Origin: Gammaproteobacteria bacterium
GTDB taxonomy: Bacteria; Pseudomonadota; Gammaproteobacteria; GCA-001735895
Assembly (NCBI GenBank): GCA_050298595.1
Contig: JBNKUM010000077.1
Location: forward strand, 1 to 54,194
Reading direction: 5' to 3'
DNA length: 54,194 nt
A program made the translations under genes and the position numbers. Below, one piece after another: positions 21,724-31,939 of this stretch; position 1 is the first letter of the stretch; each line of letters starts with the position of its first letter. A model generated the notes under the pieces. That model was not told where the DNA came from, ran no database searches, and saw only the letters and a list, made by a program, of their open reading frames with translations.

Positions 21724-23307
21724 ATGACACTTAACCATGACCTGCATGATGACAGGATTCTTATACTTGATTTTGGATCTCAATATACCCAGCTGATTGC
21801 ACGTAGAGTGCGTGAACTGGGTGTGTACTGTGAAATCCTGCCCTGGGATATTGAAATGGATCGCGTGATTGGGTTTATGCCGAAGGGGATAATCCTGTCA
21901 GGTGGCCCTGAATCTACCCTGGAAGACCAAACACCCGTCGCCAACCTGGATCTACTGGACTTGAAGGTGCCTGTTTTGGGTATTTGCTACGGTATGCAAA
22001 CACTGGCCAATCAACTCGGTGGAAAAGTAGAGAATGTTGGGCATAGTGAATTCGGCTATGCACAGGTGCGTGCACACGGACATACCGAGTTACTGAAAGA
22101 TATTCAGGATCATCAGACTGCTGAAGGTTATGGCATGCTGGATGTCTGGATGTCGCATGGTGATCGTGTTGCTGAGATGCCTGAAGGCTTCAAGCTTATG
22201 TGTAGCACTGACTCCGCCCCCATTGCCGGGATGGCGGATGAGGCACGTAAGATTTATGGCCTGCAGTTTCATCCTGAGGTAACTCATACGCGCCAGGGAT
22301 CAGAAATTCTAGGTCGCTTTATCCACCAGATCTGTGGTTGTGCTTCCGATTGGGTGGCTGAAAATATCATTGAAAACAGCATCAAGCTGGTACGAGAACA
22401 GGTTAAAGATGGAAATGTTATTCTCGGTCTGTCTGGCGGCGTTGATTCATCGGTAGTCGCGGCTTTACTGCATAAAGCCATAGGCGAGCAATTGACCTGT
22501 ATCTTTGTCGATAACGGTTTGTTACGTCATCAGGAAGGTGATCAGGTAATGGCTACCTTTGCTGAGCATATGGGAGTTAAGGTCATTCGGGTTGATGCCG
22601 AACAGCGCTTTCTGGATAAACTTAAAGGGGTTTCTGATCCTGAGCAGAAACGCAAGGTCATCGGTAACCTGTTTATCGAGATTTTTGAAGAAGAGGCCAG
22701 CAAGCAAAACGATGCTGCCTTTCTGGCACAGGGCACTATCTATCCCGATGTCATTGAATCAGCAGGTGCTTCTACCGGCAAGGCTCATTTAATCAAATCG
22801 CATCATAATGTGGGTGGTCTACCAGAGGATATGAAGCTGGAACTGGTTGAACCCCTACGTGAATTATTCAAGGATGAAGTGCGACGCATAGGTGTTGAAC
22901 TGGGCCTGCCTCATAATATGGTTTATCGTCATCCATTCCCAGGCCCTGGTCTGGGTGTGCGGATTCTCGGTGAAGTTAAAAAAGAGTACGCCGATTTATT
23001 ACGTCTGGCGGACCATATTTTCATTGAAGAATTATGGAAGCACAATCTGTATGAAAAAACTTCTCAGGCATTCACAGTATTTTTGCCAGTGAAATCGGTA
23101 GGTGTCACCGGAGATGGTCGACGTTATGACTATGTGGTTGCCTTACGCGCAGTGGAAACCATCGATTTTATGACCGCTCGCTGGGCACATTTACCGTATG
23201 AGTTTCTTGACCTTGTGTCTCGTCGCATCATGAATGAAATCTCTGGAATCGCACGCGTCACCTACGATATCTCGGGCAAACCGCCCGGCACTATCGAGTG
23301 GGAATAG
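21724..23307 (+). CDS. guaA: GMP synthase (glutamine-hydrolysing)
   Basis: [36 protein letters not shown]. Confidence 0.98.
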   Translation: MTLNHDLHDDRILILDFGSQYTQLIARRVRELGVYCEILPWDIEMDRVIGFMPKGIILSGGPESTLEDQTPVANLDLLDLKVPVLGICYGMQTLANQLGGKVENVGHSEFGYAQVRAHGHTELLKDIQDHQTAEGYGMLDVWMSHGDRVAEMPEGFKLMCSTDSAPIAGMADEARKIYGLQFHPEVTHTRQGSEILGRFIHQICGCASDWVAENIIENSIKLVREQVKDGNVILGLSGGVDSSVVAALLHKAIGEQLTCIFVDNGLLRHQEGDQVMATFAEHMGVKVIRVDAEQRFLDKLKGVSDPEQKRKVIGNLFIEIFEEEASKQNDAAFLAQGTIYPDVIESAGASTGKAHLIKSHHNVGGLPEDMKLELVEPLRELFKDEVRRIGVELGLPHNMVYRHPFPGPGLGVRILGEVKKEYADLLRLADHIFIEELWKHNLYEKTSQAFTVFLPVKSVGVTGDGRRYDYVVALRAVETIDFMTARWAHLPYEFLDLVSRRIMNEISGIARVTYDISGKPPGTIEWE

Positions 23308-23792
23308 AGCAAAACGATAACTACTGGATGGAGCTTGCGTTACAGCAGGCTCAACTGGCAGCCGAGCAGGGCGAAGTTCCTGTTGGCGCAGTGCTGGTCG
23401 ATGAAGAAAACCAACTACTCGCCTGTGGACATAATCAGCCGATATCTGCTAATGACCCCACCGCTCATGCTGAAGTTGTTGCGTTAAGAGGCGCAGCAAA
23501 AAAAATGAATAATTATCGGCTGGTCAATTCAACGCTGTATGTAACGCTGGAACCCTGTGTCATGTGTGTGGGGGCGATGGTTCATGCAAGAGTGAAACGA
23601 CTGGTTTATGGTGCAGTTGAATATAAAACCGGCGCCATTGAAAGCGCCTGTCAGTTATTGCAAACCACTCGTTTTAATCACAGTATAGAAGTGTCATCTG
23701 GGGTGTTACAGGAACAATGTGCGGCGATCCTGAGTGATTTTTTTGCGCAGCGTCGAGCTGTTAAACAGGCTGCTCGAGAACTTAATAAGTAA
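23298..23792 (+). CDS. tadA: tRNA adenosine(34) deaminase
   Basis: [18 protein letters not shown]; GTG start overlaps the guaA end. Confidence 0.94.
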   Translation: MGIEQNDNYWMELALQQAQLAAEQGEVPVGAVLVDEENQLLACGHNQPISANDPTAHAEVVALRGAAKKMNNYRLVNSTLYVTLEPCVMCVGAMVHARVKRLVYGAVEYKTGAIESACQLLQTTRFNHSIEVSSGVLQEQCAAILSDFFAQRRAVKQAARELNK

Positions 23793-23793
23793 A

Positions 23794-25263
23794 TCAAAAG
23801 CTTGGAGGCATCATCAGTTCTTCATCTACTGGTTGATCAACCTGACTCGGTACTTCTTCTCCGTTTTGTCGAATATCCATCCATTCCAGCAATTCAGCAT
23901 ATTTACGGATGTTTTCGACATACTTAACGGGTTCATAGCCACGAGCATACCCATGCCTGGTTTTCTTGTACCATTTCTTTCGGCTCAGAAGGGGAAGATT
24001 CTGTTTTACATCAATCCATTTATCCGGGTCGCCCTGATTCATTTCGGTAATTATGCGTGCATCTTCAAGGTGTCCATAGCCCACATTATAGGAAGCCAAT
24101 GCCAGCCAGGTACGGTCAGGTTGTGGGACGCGCTCGGGGATCTTAGCTAGAACACGTTTGAAATACTTTGCCCCACCCCTGATACTTTGTTGCGGATCGA
24201 GGCGGTTTTTGATCTTTAGCATTTTCGCAGTCTCCTGAGTCAACATCATCAAGCCACGTACTCCGGTAGGCGATTTGGCTTTAGGGTTCCACAGCGACTC
24301 CTGATAACTGATGGCCGCAAGCAGATGCCAGTCCAGACCTTGAGTTTCGGCTTCACGTTCGAATAGCGCCCTGTAATCAGGCAGTTGCTCTCGTACACGT
24401 TGTGAAAAAGTCTGAATATCGGAGTAATTGAATTTCTCTACATGGCTATAGTAACGATGAATTAGCTGATCCAGGCGGCCATCTTTTTTAATGGTTTTAA
24501 AAAAATTATCCAGCGCTTTCTTAATACTCAAATCATCGGATTCTTTATAAGCCCAGCGTAACAGTTTAGGAGGCGGTATATCAAAGGCGATGCGCAGTTC
24601 TGGAAAAAAACGTCGCTGTAGCGCTATTTCATGTGAGTCTTCCAGGATATAGTCGATCAAACCTTCATCGACCAGTTCGATGAGTTCTTCGCTGGCGATG
24701 TCATTATTACTCAGCCAGCTTAACTCAGGCATTTTTTTCTCCAGTTGGGTGAGGAAGTTTTCGTGACTACTACCACGGATAACTTCGATAACACCATCCT
24801 GTAGATCTTTCAGATCGACAGGTCGCTTCTTCAAGCCTTTGCGATAAAGTATTTGCTGGTGTACTTCATGATAATCTGGGCCAAAAACAACCTTAGCTGG
24901 AATATCAGCATCCAGAGGAGAGAGGCCAGCGGCAGCCAGGTCATAGCCTCCAAATATTAGTTCATTGTAAATTTCAGAGTAATTATCTACCGTTTTGATT
25001 TGCAGGCTGACACCCAGAAATTCGGCAAACAGTTGAGACAACTGAAACTCAAATCCATCTGGACCATCGGTATCCTGGTAATAGGTAGAGGCACCATTGA
25101 GTGTCAATACCTTTAGTGCACCATATTTCTGTATGCGTTGTACATGAGTAAACGGTTCTTCTGAGAACTTGGGAATAGCCACAAGCAATGCGAAAATCAT
25201 CACTGCGACCAAAAGGCCTGCAGTAATGTGTAATCGGTGTGCTCGTGGTGAAAGGTCGACCAT
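23794..25263 (-). CDS. mltF: Membrane-bound lytic murein transglycosylase F
   Basis: SBP-like N-terminal domain plus SLT motifs YQES, GLMML, SYNVGYGH, GYARGYEPVKYVENI. Confidence 0.93.
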   Translation of the reverse strand: MVDLSPRAHRLHITAGLLVAVMIFALLVAIPKFSEEPFTHVQRIQKYGALKVLTLNGASTYYQDTDGPDGFEFQLSQLFAEFLGVSLQIKTVDNYSEIYNELIFGGYDLAAAGLSPLDADIPAKVVFGPDYHEVHQQILYRKGLKKRPVDLKDLQDGVIEVIRGSSHENFLTQLEKKMPELSWLSNNDIASEELIELVDEGLIDYILEDSHEIALQRRFFPELRIAFDIPPPKLLRWAYKESDDLSIKKALDNFFKTIKKDGRLDQLIHRYYSHVEKFNYSDIQTFSQRVREQLPDYRALFEREAETQGLDWHLLAAISYQESLWNPKAKSPTGVRGLMMLTQETAKMLKIKNRLDPQQSIRGGAKYFKRVLAKIPERVPQPDRTWLALASYNVGYGHLEDARIITEMNQGDPDKWIDVKQNLPLLSRKKWYKKTRHGYARGYEPVKYVENIRKYAELLEWMDIRQNGEEVPSQVDQPVDEELMMPPSF

Positions 25264-25361
25264 AATGCTCGTCAATAAAACCCGGAATCAGAAAGCATAT
25301 GATAAGTAGTGTTGTGATTCTAGGTTTTCGTGCACAACATCGAATTTAGAGGTAATAGATA

Positions 25362-26132
25362 TTATTGACGTCGAGTGAAAACCCAGTGATCACCTTCAGA
25401 AGTAGCGTTGTTAAACTGATAACCTTCAAGATCAAAATCCTTGAGTTGTTCTGTATCAGTAATTTCGTTTTGAATGATAAAGCGAGACATAAGTCCGCGG
25501 GCTTTCTTGGCATAGAACCCAATCATTTTGTATTCACCATTTTTATAATCCTTAAAAGCAGGGGTAATTATGCGGGCTTTTAAGTTTTTGGTTTTTACCG
25601 ATTTAAAGTACTCATTAGAGGCGAGGTTGATCAGTACATCAGAATCAATGGCTCTTAATTGTTTGTTAAGGGCATCGGTAATCTGAAAATCCCAGAACTC
25701 ATACAGGTTCTTACCCTCAGTGGTATCCAGTTTGGTGCCCATTTCCAGACGGTAGGGACGCATAAGATCCAGCGGTCTTAATACACCATACAGGCCTGAC
25801 AGAATACGTAAATGCTGTTGTGCAAAATCCAGCTCTTTTTGCCCAAGCGTATAAGCATCCAGACCTGTATAAACATCTCCTTTAAAGGCAAAGAGAGCCG
25901 GACGAGCATTTTCAGTGTTAAACGGTGTTTTCCATTCATGGTTGCGTGCAAAATTAAGTTCAGCGATGTTACGGCTTACATGTTGTAGTTCAATCAGATC
26001 CAGCACTGATAAATCTTTCAGCCTGTTAATCAGCAACTGAGATTGTTTCAAATGAGCAGGTCGCGTAAAGCTATCGGTAGGAAGAGGGGAGTCATAATCC
26101 AGAGTTTTAGCAGGGGAGACAACAATTAACAT
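25362..26132 (-). CDS. yaaA: Peroxide stress protein YaaA
   Basis: MLIVVSPAKTLD, ILSGLYG, PYRLEMG, NLASNEY, AKKARG. Confidence 0.95.
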   Translation of the reverse strand: MLIVVSPAKTLDYDSPLPTDSFTRPAHLKQSQLLINRLKDLSVLDLIELQHVSRNIAELNFARNHEWKTPFNTENARPALFAFKGDVYTGLDAYTLGQKELDFAQQHLRILSGLYGVLRPLDLMRPYRLEMGTKLDTTEGKNLYEFWDFQITDALNKQLRAIDSDVLINLASNEYFKSVKTKNLKARIITPAFKDYKNGEYKMIGFYAKKARGLMSRFIIQNEITDTEQLKDFDLEGYQFNNATSEGDHWVFTRRQ

Positions 26133-26256
26133 AGGGAACAGAATCGCGAAAAAGATAGATTCTAACAAATCTGATTAAAGCGGAAGCAAAATTCTTACTA
26201 TCCATACAATAGGCAATATTTATCGATGAAATTTAGCATAAAAAGTACTATAAACA

Positions 26257-26385
26257 TTGATCCCGGACTAAGCATAAGGTAGGCTTCGCAACCTGTTTCA
26301 AGCAACGTCTGTGATGACGGCAGGAAGCTCGAATCAACGAGCACGTCGTGCTCCTTAGCTGAAGAGCTAACTGATATTGAATGGA
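26257..26385 (+). ncRNA. Putative structured leader or small RNA upstream of tRNA-Ser
   Basis: Run of short hairpins (cgtc/gacg, gagcac/gtgctc, ttagct/agctaa) after a TACTAT -10 box at 26246. Confidence 0.3.
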
Positions 26386-26404
26386 AGCATACAATTTAAG
26401 AACT

Positions 26405-26492
26405 GGAGAGATGTCCGAGTGGCTGAAGGAGCACGCCTGGAAAGTGTGTATACGGCAACGTATCGAGGGTTCGAATCCCTCTCTCTCCGCCA
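26405..26492 (+). tRNA. tRNA-Ser(GGA)
   Basis: GGAGAGA acceptor stem, anticodon loop ctGGAaa, long variable arm, GGTTCGAATCC, encoded CCA; 88 nt. Confidence 0.97.
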
Positions 26493-26827
26493 TTTAAATT
26501 AATTAACTATTTGAATGTTAAGGTTTATTTATTTAATTTTCAGTGTTCGTATACGGCTTTATTTTAAAATTGCCGTTTTATCTAGTTTTTTTCTTAATTT
26601 CTATCGTTATTTTTTAATCCTGAAATATAGGGGTGCAACTACTCTTATATTTTTCTGGAATCATCAACTAAAAAATATCCAACCCGTAACGGCAAAATAG
26701 CACATTTTGAGGATATAAAAATCTGACTATAACTCCGCTCACAGAATGATAGATCTGTTCAGAATTTACCCGTTCCCAATCTACGTAGAAGCTTAGACTT
26801 GATTTTACATATTCAACATATGAGTTT

Positions 26828-27203
26828 GATCAGATCCGCCGGGTGGAGGTCAATCAGTTCAAAGCCAACGGTCAGGAGAATGTTCTCGAACGAGGCCGCT
26901 GGTTGCTATTAAAACGGCCGGAAAATCTTTCCGAGAAGCAGACTTCACGTCTAGACGCACTACTGAAGCTCAATCTAGCCCTACTTAAGGGCTACCTACT
27001 GCGTGAGGACTTTCAGTGATTCTGGGACTATCAACACGCTGACTTTGCCGGCAAGTTTCTCGACAATTGGGTCACCCGAACACTGCAGATTGACCTGGCA
27101 CCAATGATGAAGGAGGCCAGGATGCTGACAAGCACAAGCCAATGATCATGAACTTGACAAGTTGCAGGAACCTGAATATCTCCACAGATTCTGCTGACGA
27201 GCC
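26828..27203 (+). mobile_element. ISL3-family remnant (transposase pseudogene plus right end)
   Basis: DQIRR...RWLLLKRPENL...YLLREDFQ*FWDY with in-frame TGA at 27017; C-terminal EPEYLHRFC*; ends in ...gacgagcc (GGCTC-type terminus). Confidence 0.8.
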
Positions 27204-27237
27204 TAAAATTTATGTTGGCTAAAATTCATTGCATATC

Positions 27238-27773
27238 GAGCCATTTGCAAAACTATTCATAAAATAAGCTGGTATCAGTAAATCGCAACCCCTGGATGCG
27301 GATAATTCTTAATTAGTCGGTCAGAACTGCTATGGCACTATTGATTTAATCTTCTTTTGTTGTTTTACCCAATTTTCTCTCAGACCTGCCCGTTAAAAAC
27401 AAGTTCTCTCGTAAATTTCTGATTAACTGTCAAATTAGCGGTTTGATTCTAAAAATTTCATCAGATAATCAACCTTTAGGGCGATAACATCAAACATCAG
27501 GTGGATCATGACCTTTGCATGACCTCTGACTCGCACCATTCGTGCGTTAAACTCATCTTTGAGCCGACCATTCACTCGCTCAACAGAGTTGCGCTCATTA
27601 TAACGAATGTCTTGCGCTATTTTATAACTGGCATATCGTTTGTTTTTTAGATCATCTTTTATTTCTGCTTTGCGAGCTGTTGTTCGAGGGTTTTCATCTA
27701 TGAATGGAACATGTCCTAATGCTTCACTGTGCTTTTTGATCAAGGGTGAATCATAGGCGGCATCCATTATCAA
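27238..27773 (-). mobile_element. IS5/IS1182-like DDE transposase C-terminal remnant with a probable terminal repeat
   Basis: MDAAYDS...YNERNSVERVNGRLKDEF...VRG (27435-27773); candidate IR gagccatttgcaaaact at 27238-27254. Confidence 0.72.
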
Positions 27774-27866
27774 ATAAAGATATGTCGCGCGCCAGCCGCG
27801 ACCTATCCCATTGTTGAACGAGCCTGTTGGTGAAGGTTGATAGACTATATAAAGGAAATAAATTAT

Positions 27867-28610
27867 TTACGGGCCAGAGTCAATGAATACCCACTTGAGG
27901 GATGCACATACAGTCGCCTCCTTGTTGATACCGACCGAACGCACGATGGCCTTGAAGGACTTCTGCAATCCACCACGGTCCATGACGCACTCCGCCTGGT
28001 GTCGTTGCTCTGCTGTGCGCCCACCCGGGAATAGCCAATGCGGATGGCAGTGAGTGGTCCTGTAACGACGCAGTACCTCAAGGGTGAGAGCCGGCAGGGT
28101 GACATAGCGGTCCTTCTTGCCCTTGCCGAGGCGGATATGAACCCACATTCGCCCACTGTCGATATCGCCGAGTTCAATCCCCAGCGCATCGCTGATACGC
28201 AAACCCTTGCTGAAACAGGTCATGATATAGGTCTGATAACCTAACTCATGCGTGCCATATGAGGCGCTCGACCTCTTTCAGGGTCAACACATCGGGCAAG
28301 GTTTTAACCTCGGGTGGCTGACGATATCGACCCAATGCCAATCCCGCTTCAAGACATGCTTAAAGAAGAACTGCAGGCCATTGCGGTCGACCTTGACCGT
28401 AGACCGGCTATAAGTCTTGACCAGGGCATCGAAGTAACTCTACAACTGCTCCTGGTTCAATACATCGACCGGACAGTCAAAGAACTCGCCCAGTCGTCGA
28501 ATGGCGCGGGCATAGGCATCGATGCTGGAATCGGCTTTGCCCTGGCGTTGCAGTGCGTTAACATGTTTACGATACTCTGAATCGAATCGTTTTTGCTGTA
28601 CTTTGTTCAT
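27867..28610 (-). pseudogene. Tyrosine recombinase (phage-integrase family) pseudogene, of the type paired with IS91-like transposases
   Basis: ATG 28610 MNKVQQKRF...SAM-like domain; frameshifts near 28320 and 28257; GLRISDA and GKGKKDRYV; truncated before the HxxR and Tyr residues. Confidence 0.8.
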
Positions 28611-28958
28611 GGGATATTCATCTACGTTGTCGTACCCGGAATTGGGTGCGTAGAGGAATTATCCTTCTTCAGAAAACTAAACGGGCAGGTGAAACTTGAA
28701 TGGATATCTTTCTTTCCGCGTAGCGGCTTCGTTTTCTGGCGTCGCCAATTTGCCCGCTGTGCATAGTGTTATTGATTAAAAGTAAATGACTTGCCATTCA
28801 AGTTTTTAAATTCTGAATTTAAAAGGGTGTTTACATTTGATGTTGCTGCTCAGCAAATACCAGTAACTAAAAAAACTTAGGGATTATTGAAATATGTGTG
28901 ATTTTAATACTTATTGTTGGACGGTTGTCATTGCCTTATAAATCAAGAGTGATTAGAT

Positions 28959-29357
28959 ATGAACCAATCGTGGAATGATCAGAACATTACAGAGTTTGTG
29001 AGAGGAGTCCTTGGCTGTGGCTGTCCTGATGAGGTATTTAAGAAGATAGAAGTCCATAGAGACTATAAGCTTGGATTATCATTAAGCACGACAAGAATTA
29101 ATATAGGCGACACGCTGTTGATCTATATAGTCAGGCCTGTGTCTAGTGAAGAGCTGCAGGATACGATAAAGAATATTGTTTTAGTTGGCAGAGAAGATAG
29201 GAATTCCAACAGTTTCAATAGATTTCGACTCGTGATCGTTGGAGATGAAAAGGGGTTGGATTCTGATATCACAACAAGAACATTTGCAGTTGAAATTGGA
29301 GAGGATGAAAAAATGCATATTCATTTCGTTAAAGTTGAAGTTGTAGATGGATTGTAA
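28959..29357 (+). CDS. Hypothetical protein with an LGCGCPDEVF motif
   Basis: 132-aa ORF with ATG start and globular composition; function unknown. Confidence 0.65.
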   Translation: MNQSWNDQNITEFVRGVLGCGCPDEVFKKIEVHRDYKLGLSLSTTRINIGDTLLIYIVRPVSSEELQDTIKNIVLVGREDRNSNSFNRFRLVIVGDEKGLDSDITTRTFAVEIGEDEKMHIHFVKVEVVDGL

Positions 29358-29420
29358 TAAGTGTCATACCTGTTATTGCAGGAGTTGAGTGAAATACCGT
29401 CTAACCAGAAAAGATCCGTA

Positions 29421-29725
29421 CTAATAGAGATAAACCTTGTCATAAAGTACGAATTCGAACATTCCAGGCTCTTTTGGGCGGAAAAAACCAGAGTACCTGA
29501 ATCGCCTTTCAGAGACTGGAAGGTAAGATACTCATTATTTGAACTGTATCCAGATCTGAAAACACCTACCCAGGCATCGGCATCTAATTCGCTGCCACCA
29601 GAATATTTCAGCTCGACCGGGGTGCCCGACAAAAATGGGGTATCGCGTTAATCAAGCGAGAGCTCAGCACCCCAGGCCATTGAATACATTGAAGTAACCA
29701 GCATGAAATATATGATCTTGACCAT
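29421..29725 (-). pseudogene. Pseudogene of a secreted protein with a small Ig-like beta domain
   Basis: Signal peptide MVKIIYF...AWGA; in-frame TAA at 29648; continues DAWVGVF...SGTLVFSA; a frameshift near 29476 restores PKEPGMFEFVLYD. Confidence 0.55.
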
Positions 29726-29888
29726 GTTCGTTTTTACTATATTGAATTTAAGCAGCAAATAATATCGGTCAGCCCAGAAGAACTTGAAAGAAATATTGGG
29801 GTCTGGTCCATTGCCATTTAAAAATTCTGATTCGATAGGCCTGGGCACCGAATTCAGGCTAGCCAATATTTCTCAGGTTTCCTTAAAA

Positions 29889-30158
29889 CTACTTTTGCGT
29901 CAGGCGAAACTGCCAAACACACCAAGCGCGCCTACCTTCCTGTAGCAACACAGCTTTGGGAGTGTTATTTGAATCAAGAATATGCGCATTTTTTGCATCG
30001 ATTGTGACAACCCAAATCTCACCGTGATTATTCGGACCATCATCAGGGCTGACCGAGACTTTCAACGGTCGGCCCTCGTTGGAATCGAAACACAATAGCA
30101 GCTCGCTTGCCATAGTCTCGTAATTGACATCAGGATGAGCAAATGGTGCCGCTGTCAT
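29889..30158 (-). CDS. Hypothetical protein or gene fragment
   Basis: 89-aa ORF starting 30 nt after the gabD stop on the same strand; no recognisable motif. Confidence 0.3.
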   Translation of the reverse strand: MTAAPFAHPDVNYETMASELLLCFDSNEGRPLKVSVSPDDGPNNHGEIWVVTIDAKNAHILDSNNTPKAVLLQEGRRAWCVWQFRLTQK

Positions 30159-30187
30159 CCTGAGAAGTCAGCTAAATATATAAGGCT

Positions 30188-31645
30188 TTACAGTCCGCCT
30201 ATACAGATATATTTTATTTCGAGATAGTCTTCGGTTCCGTAGTGAGAACCTTCTCGTCCCAGTCCAGATTCCTTGATACCACCGAAAGGTGCTATCTCGG
30301 TTGAAATTAAACCTTCATTAACACCGACCATACCGCTTTCAATGTTTTCTGCCACGCGCCAGATGCGTCCGATATCCCGTGAATAGAAATACGATGCAAG
30401 ACCAAATTCTGTAGCATTGGCCATTTTGATGGCTTCTTCTTCCGTCGTAAAACGGAAGATAGGCGCAACGGGTCCGAATGTTTCATCGGTTGCACAGGCC
30501 ATTTCTGTGGTGGCATCTGCAATGATGGTGGGTTCGAAAAAGGTTCCGCCACGCTCATGACGTTTACCACCGGTTACAATTCGGCCTCCCCTGGCGAGTG
30601 CATCGGCGAGGTGTGCTTCGACCTTTTCAATTGCTGCCTCATTAATCAGCGGTCCTTGCTGTGCGCCATCTTCAAACGCGGAAGCCACTTTCAATTTCTT
30701 TACACCAGCGGTGAGTTTTTCTACAAACTCATCATAAACGCTATCCTGAACCAGAAAACGATTGGTGCAGACACAGGTTTGCCCGGAGTTTCTGTATTTG
30801 GAAATCAGCGCACCTGCGACAGCCGCGTCGACATCGGCATCGTCAAATACTATGAAAGGTGCGTTTCCACCCAGTTCTAGCGAAACCTTTTTAAGGGTCT
30901 TTGCTGATTGTTCCATTAATAGTTTCCCGACAGCGGTCGATCCAGTGAAAGTGATTTTGCGAACTGTAGGGTTACTGGTCATTTCTCCACCCACTTCAGA
31001 TGCTGAAGCTGAAGGTAGTACGCTGAAGATTCCGGCAGGAACGCCCGCGCGTTCAGCAAGAACCGCTAGCGCCAGCGCTGATAAAGGTGTTTCAGCTGCA
31101 GGTTTGATGATAAACGGGCAGCCGACTGCAAGAGCAGGGCCAGCTTTACGTGTAATCATGGCATTCGGGAAGTTCCAGGGGGTTACCGCTGCAACTACGC
31201 CTATAGGCTGTTTGATCACCACGATGCGTTTATCGCGACCATGAGAGGGGATGATATCGCCATAAATACGTTTAGCTTCTTCTGCAAACCATTCGATAAA
31301 AGATGCACCATAAGCAACTTCACCCATGCTTTCTGCCAGCGGTTTGCCTTGCTCAGCACTTAAGATCGTGGCCAGGTCCTGCTGGTTTTCCATCATCAAG
31401 TTGAACCAGTTACGTAGAATGGCAGAGCGCTCTTTTCCTGTTCTGTTGCGCCAGTCAATCCAGGCTGCATTAGCTGTTTCAATGGCTCGTCTGGTCTCAA
31501 CCGCACTCATGCTGGCTACAGCCGTAATTTTTTCACCGCTAGCGGGATTAAAGACATCAAAAGTTATGCCATTATCAGCGTCAATCCATTGCCCATTGAG
31601 ATAGGCTTGGCTTTTCAGTAGTGATGGGTCATTTAGTGATAGCAT
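30188..31645 (-). CDS. gabD: Succinate-semialdehyde dehydrogenase
   Basis: TPWNFPNAMITRK, FTGST, LELGGNAP, RNSGQTCVC, ETFGP, PFGGIKESG. Confidence 0.93.
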   Translation of the reverse strand: MLSLNDPSLLKSQAYLNGQWIDADNGITFDVFNPASGEKITAVASMSAVETRRAIETANAAWIDWRNRTGKERSAILRNWFNLMMENQQDLATILSAEQGKPLAESMGEVAYGASFIEWFAEEAKRIYGDIIPSHGRDKRIVVIKQPIGVVAAVTPWNFPNAMITRKAGPALAVGCPFIIKPAAETPLSALALAVLAERAGVPAGIFSVLPSASASEVGGEMTSNPTVRKITFTGSTAVGKLLMEQSAKTLKKVSLELGGNAPFIVFDDADVDAAVAGALISKYRNSGQTCVCTNRFLVQDSVYDEFVEKLTAGVKKLKVASAFEDGAQQGPLINEAAIEKVEAHLADALARGGRIVTGGKRHERGGTFFEPTIIADATTEMACATDETFGPVAPIFRFTTEEEAIKMANATEFGLASYFYSRDIGRIWRVAENIESGMVGVNEGLISTEIAPFGGIKESGLGREGSHYGTEDYLEIKYICIGGL

Positions 31646-31939
31646 GATAAGTACTCTGTTATCCGGTTGAAGTTATGACGTTCTGTCTATAAAGGTATCA
31701 CCGCTAATCGAGATACCGCCATATTCTGAGGGCTGTATTAAAACGCTATTTCTATCTGATGTAAAAAAATATATGAGAAGCACGAATTTAATATTTGCAC
31801 TTCTCTATATGTGATACTAAAGATGACTGCCACAGTTAGCGCTAACAGTTGTAAAGTGGAATAAAAATATAATTTTAATAATGACCTCAAGCCTGGCTTG
31901 TAATATTGTTCACTCACATTTGAAGCGCTGAACAAGCCT

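Noticed and set aside
23280-23320. guaA 3' end as an island integration site
   Set aside because: tadA follows directly with an overlap; no integrase is adjacent.
26257-26400. SRP RNA (ffs), often found near tRNA-Ser
   Set aside because: Lacks the conserved CAGGTCCGGAAGGAAGCAGC domain and the long single hairpin.
26248-26493. 81-aa ORF starting MAEREGFEPS
   Set aside because: Typical antisense translation of a tRNA gene.
27017-27019. In-frame TGA as selenocysteine or read-through
   Set aside because: Lies in a transposase fragment that also has a frameshift and a deletion; simple decay explains it.
27837-28580. Plus-strand ORFs 27837-28034, 28038-28244 and 28314-28580
   Set aside because: Antisense shadows of the integrase pseudogene.
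27867-29725. True integron (intI plus cassette array)
   Set aside because: No IntI-specific insertion is visible in the truncated integrase and no repeated attC sites flank the neighbouring ORFs.
31695-31722. gataccgcca as attR of the tRNA island
   Set aside because: Only 6 nt (ccgcca) match the tRNA 3' end, which is expected by chance.
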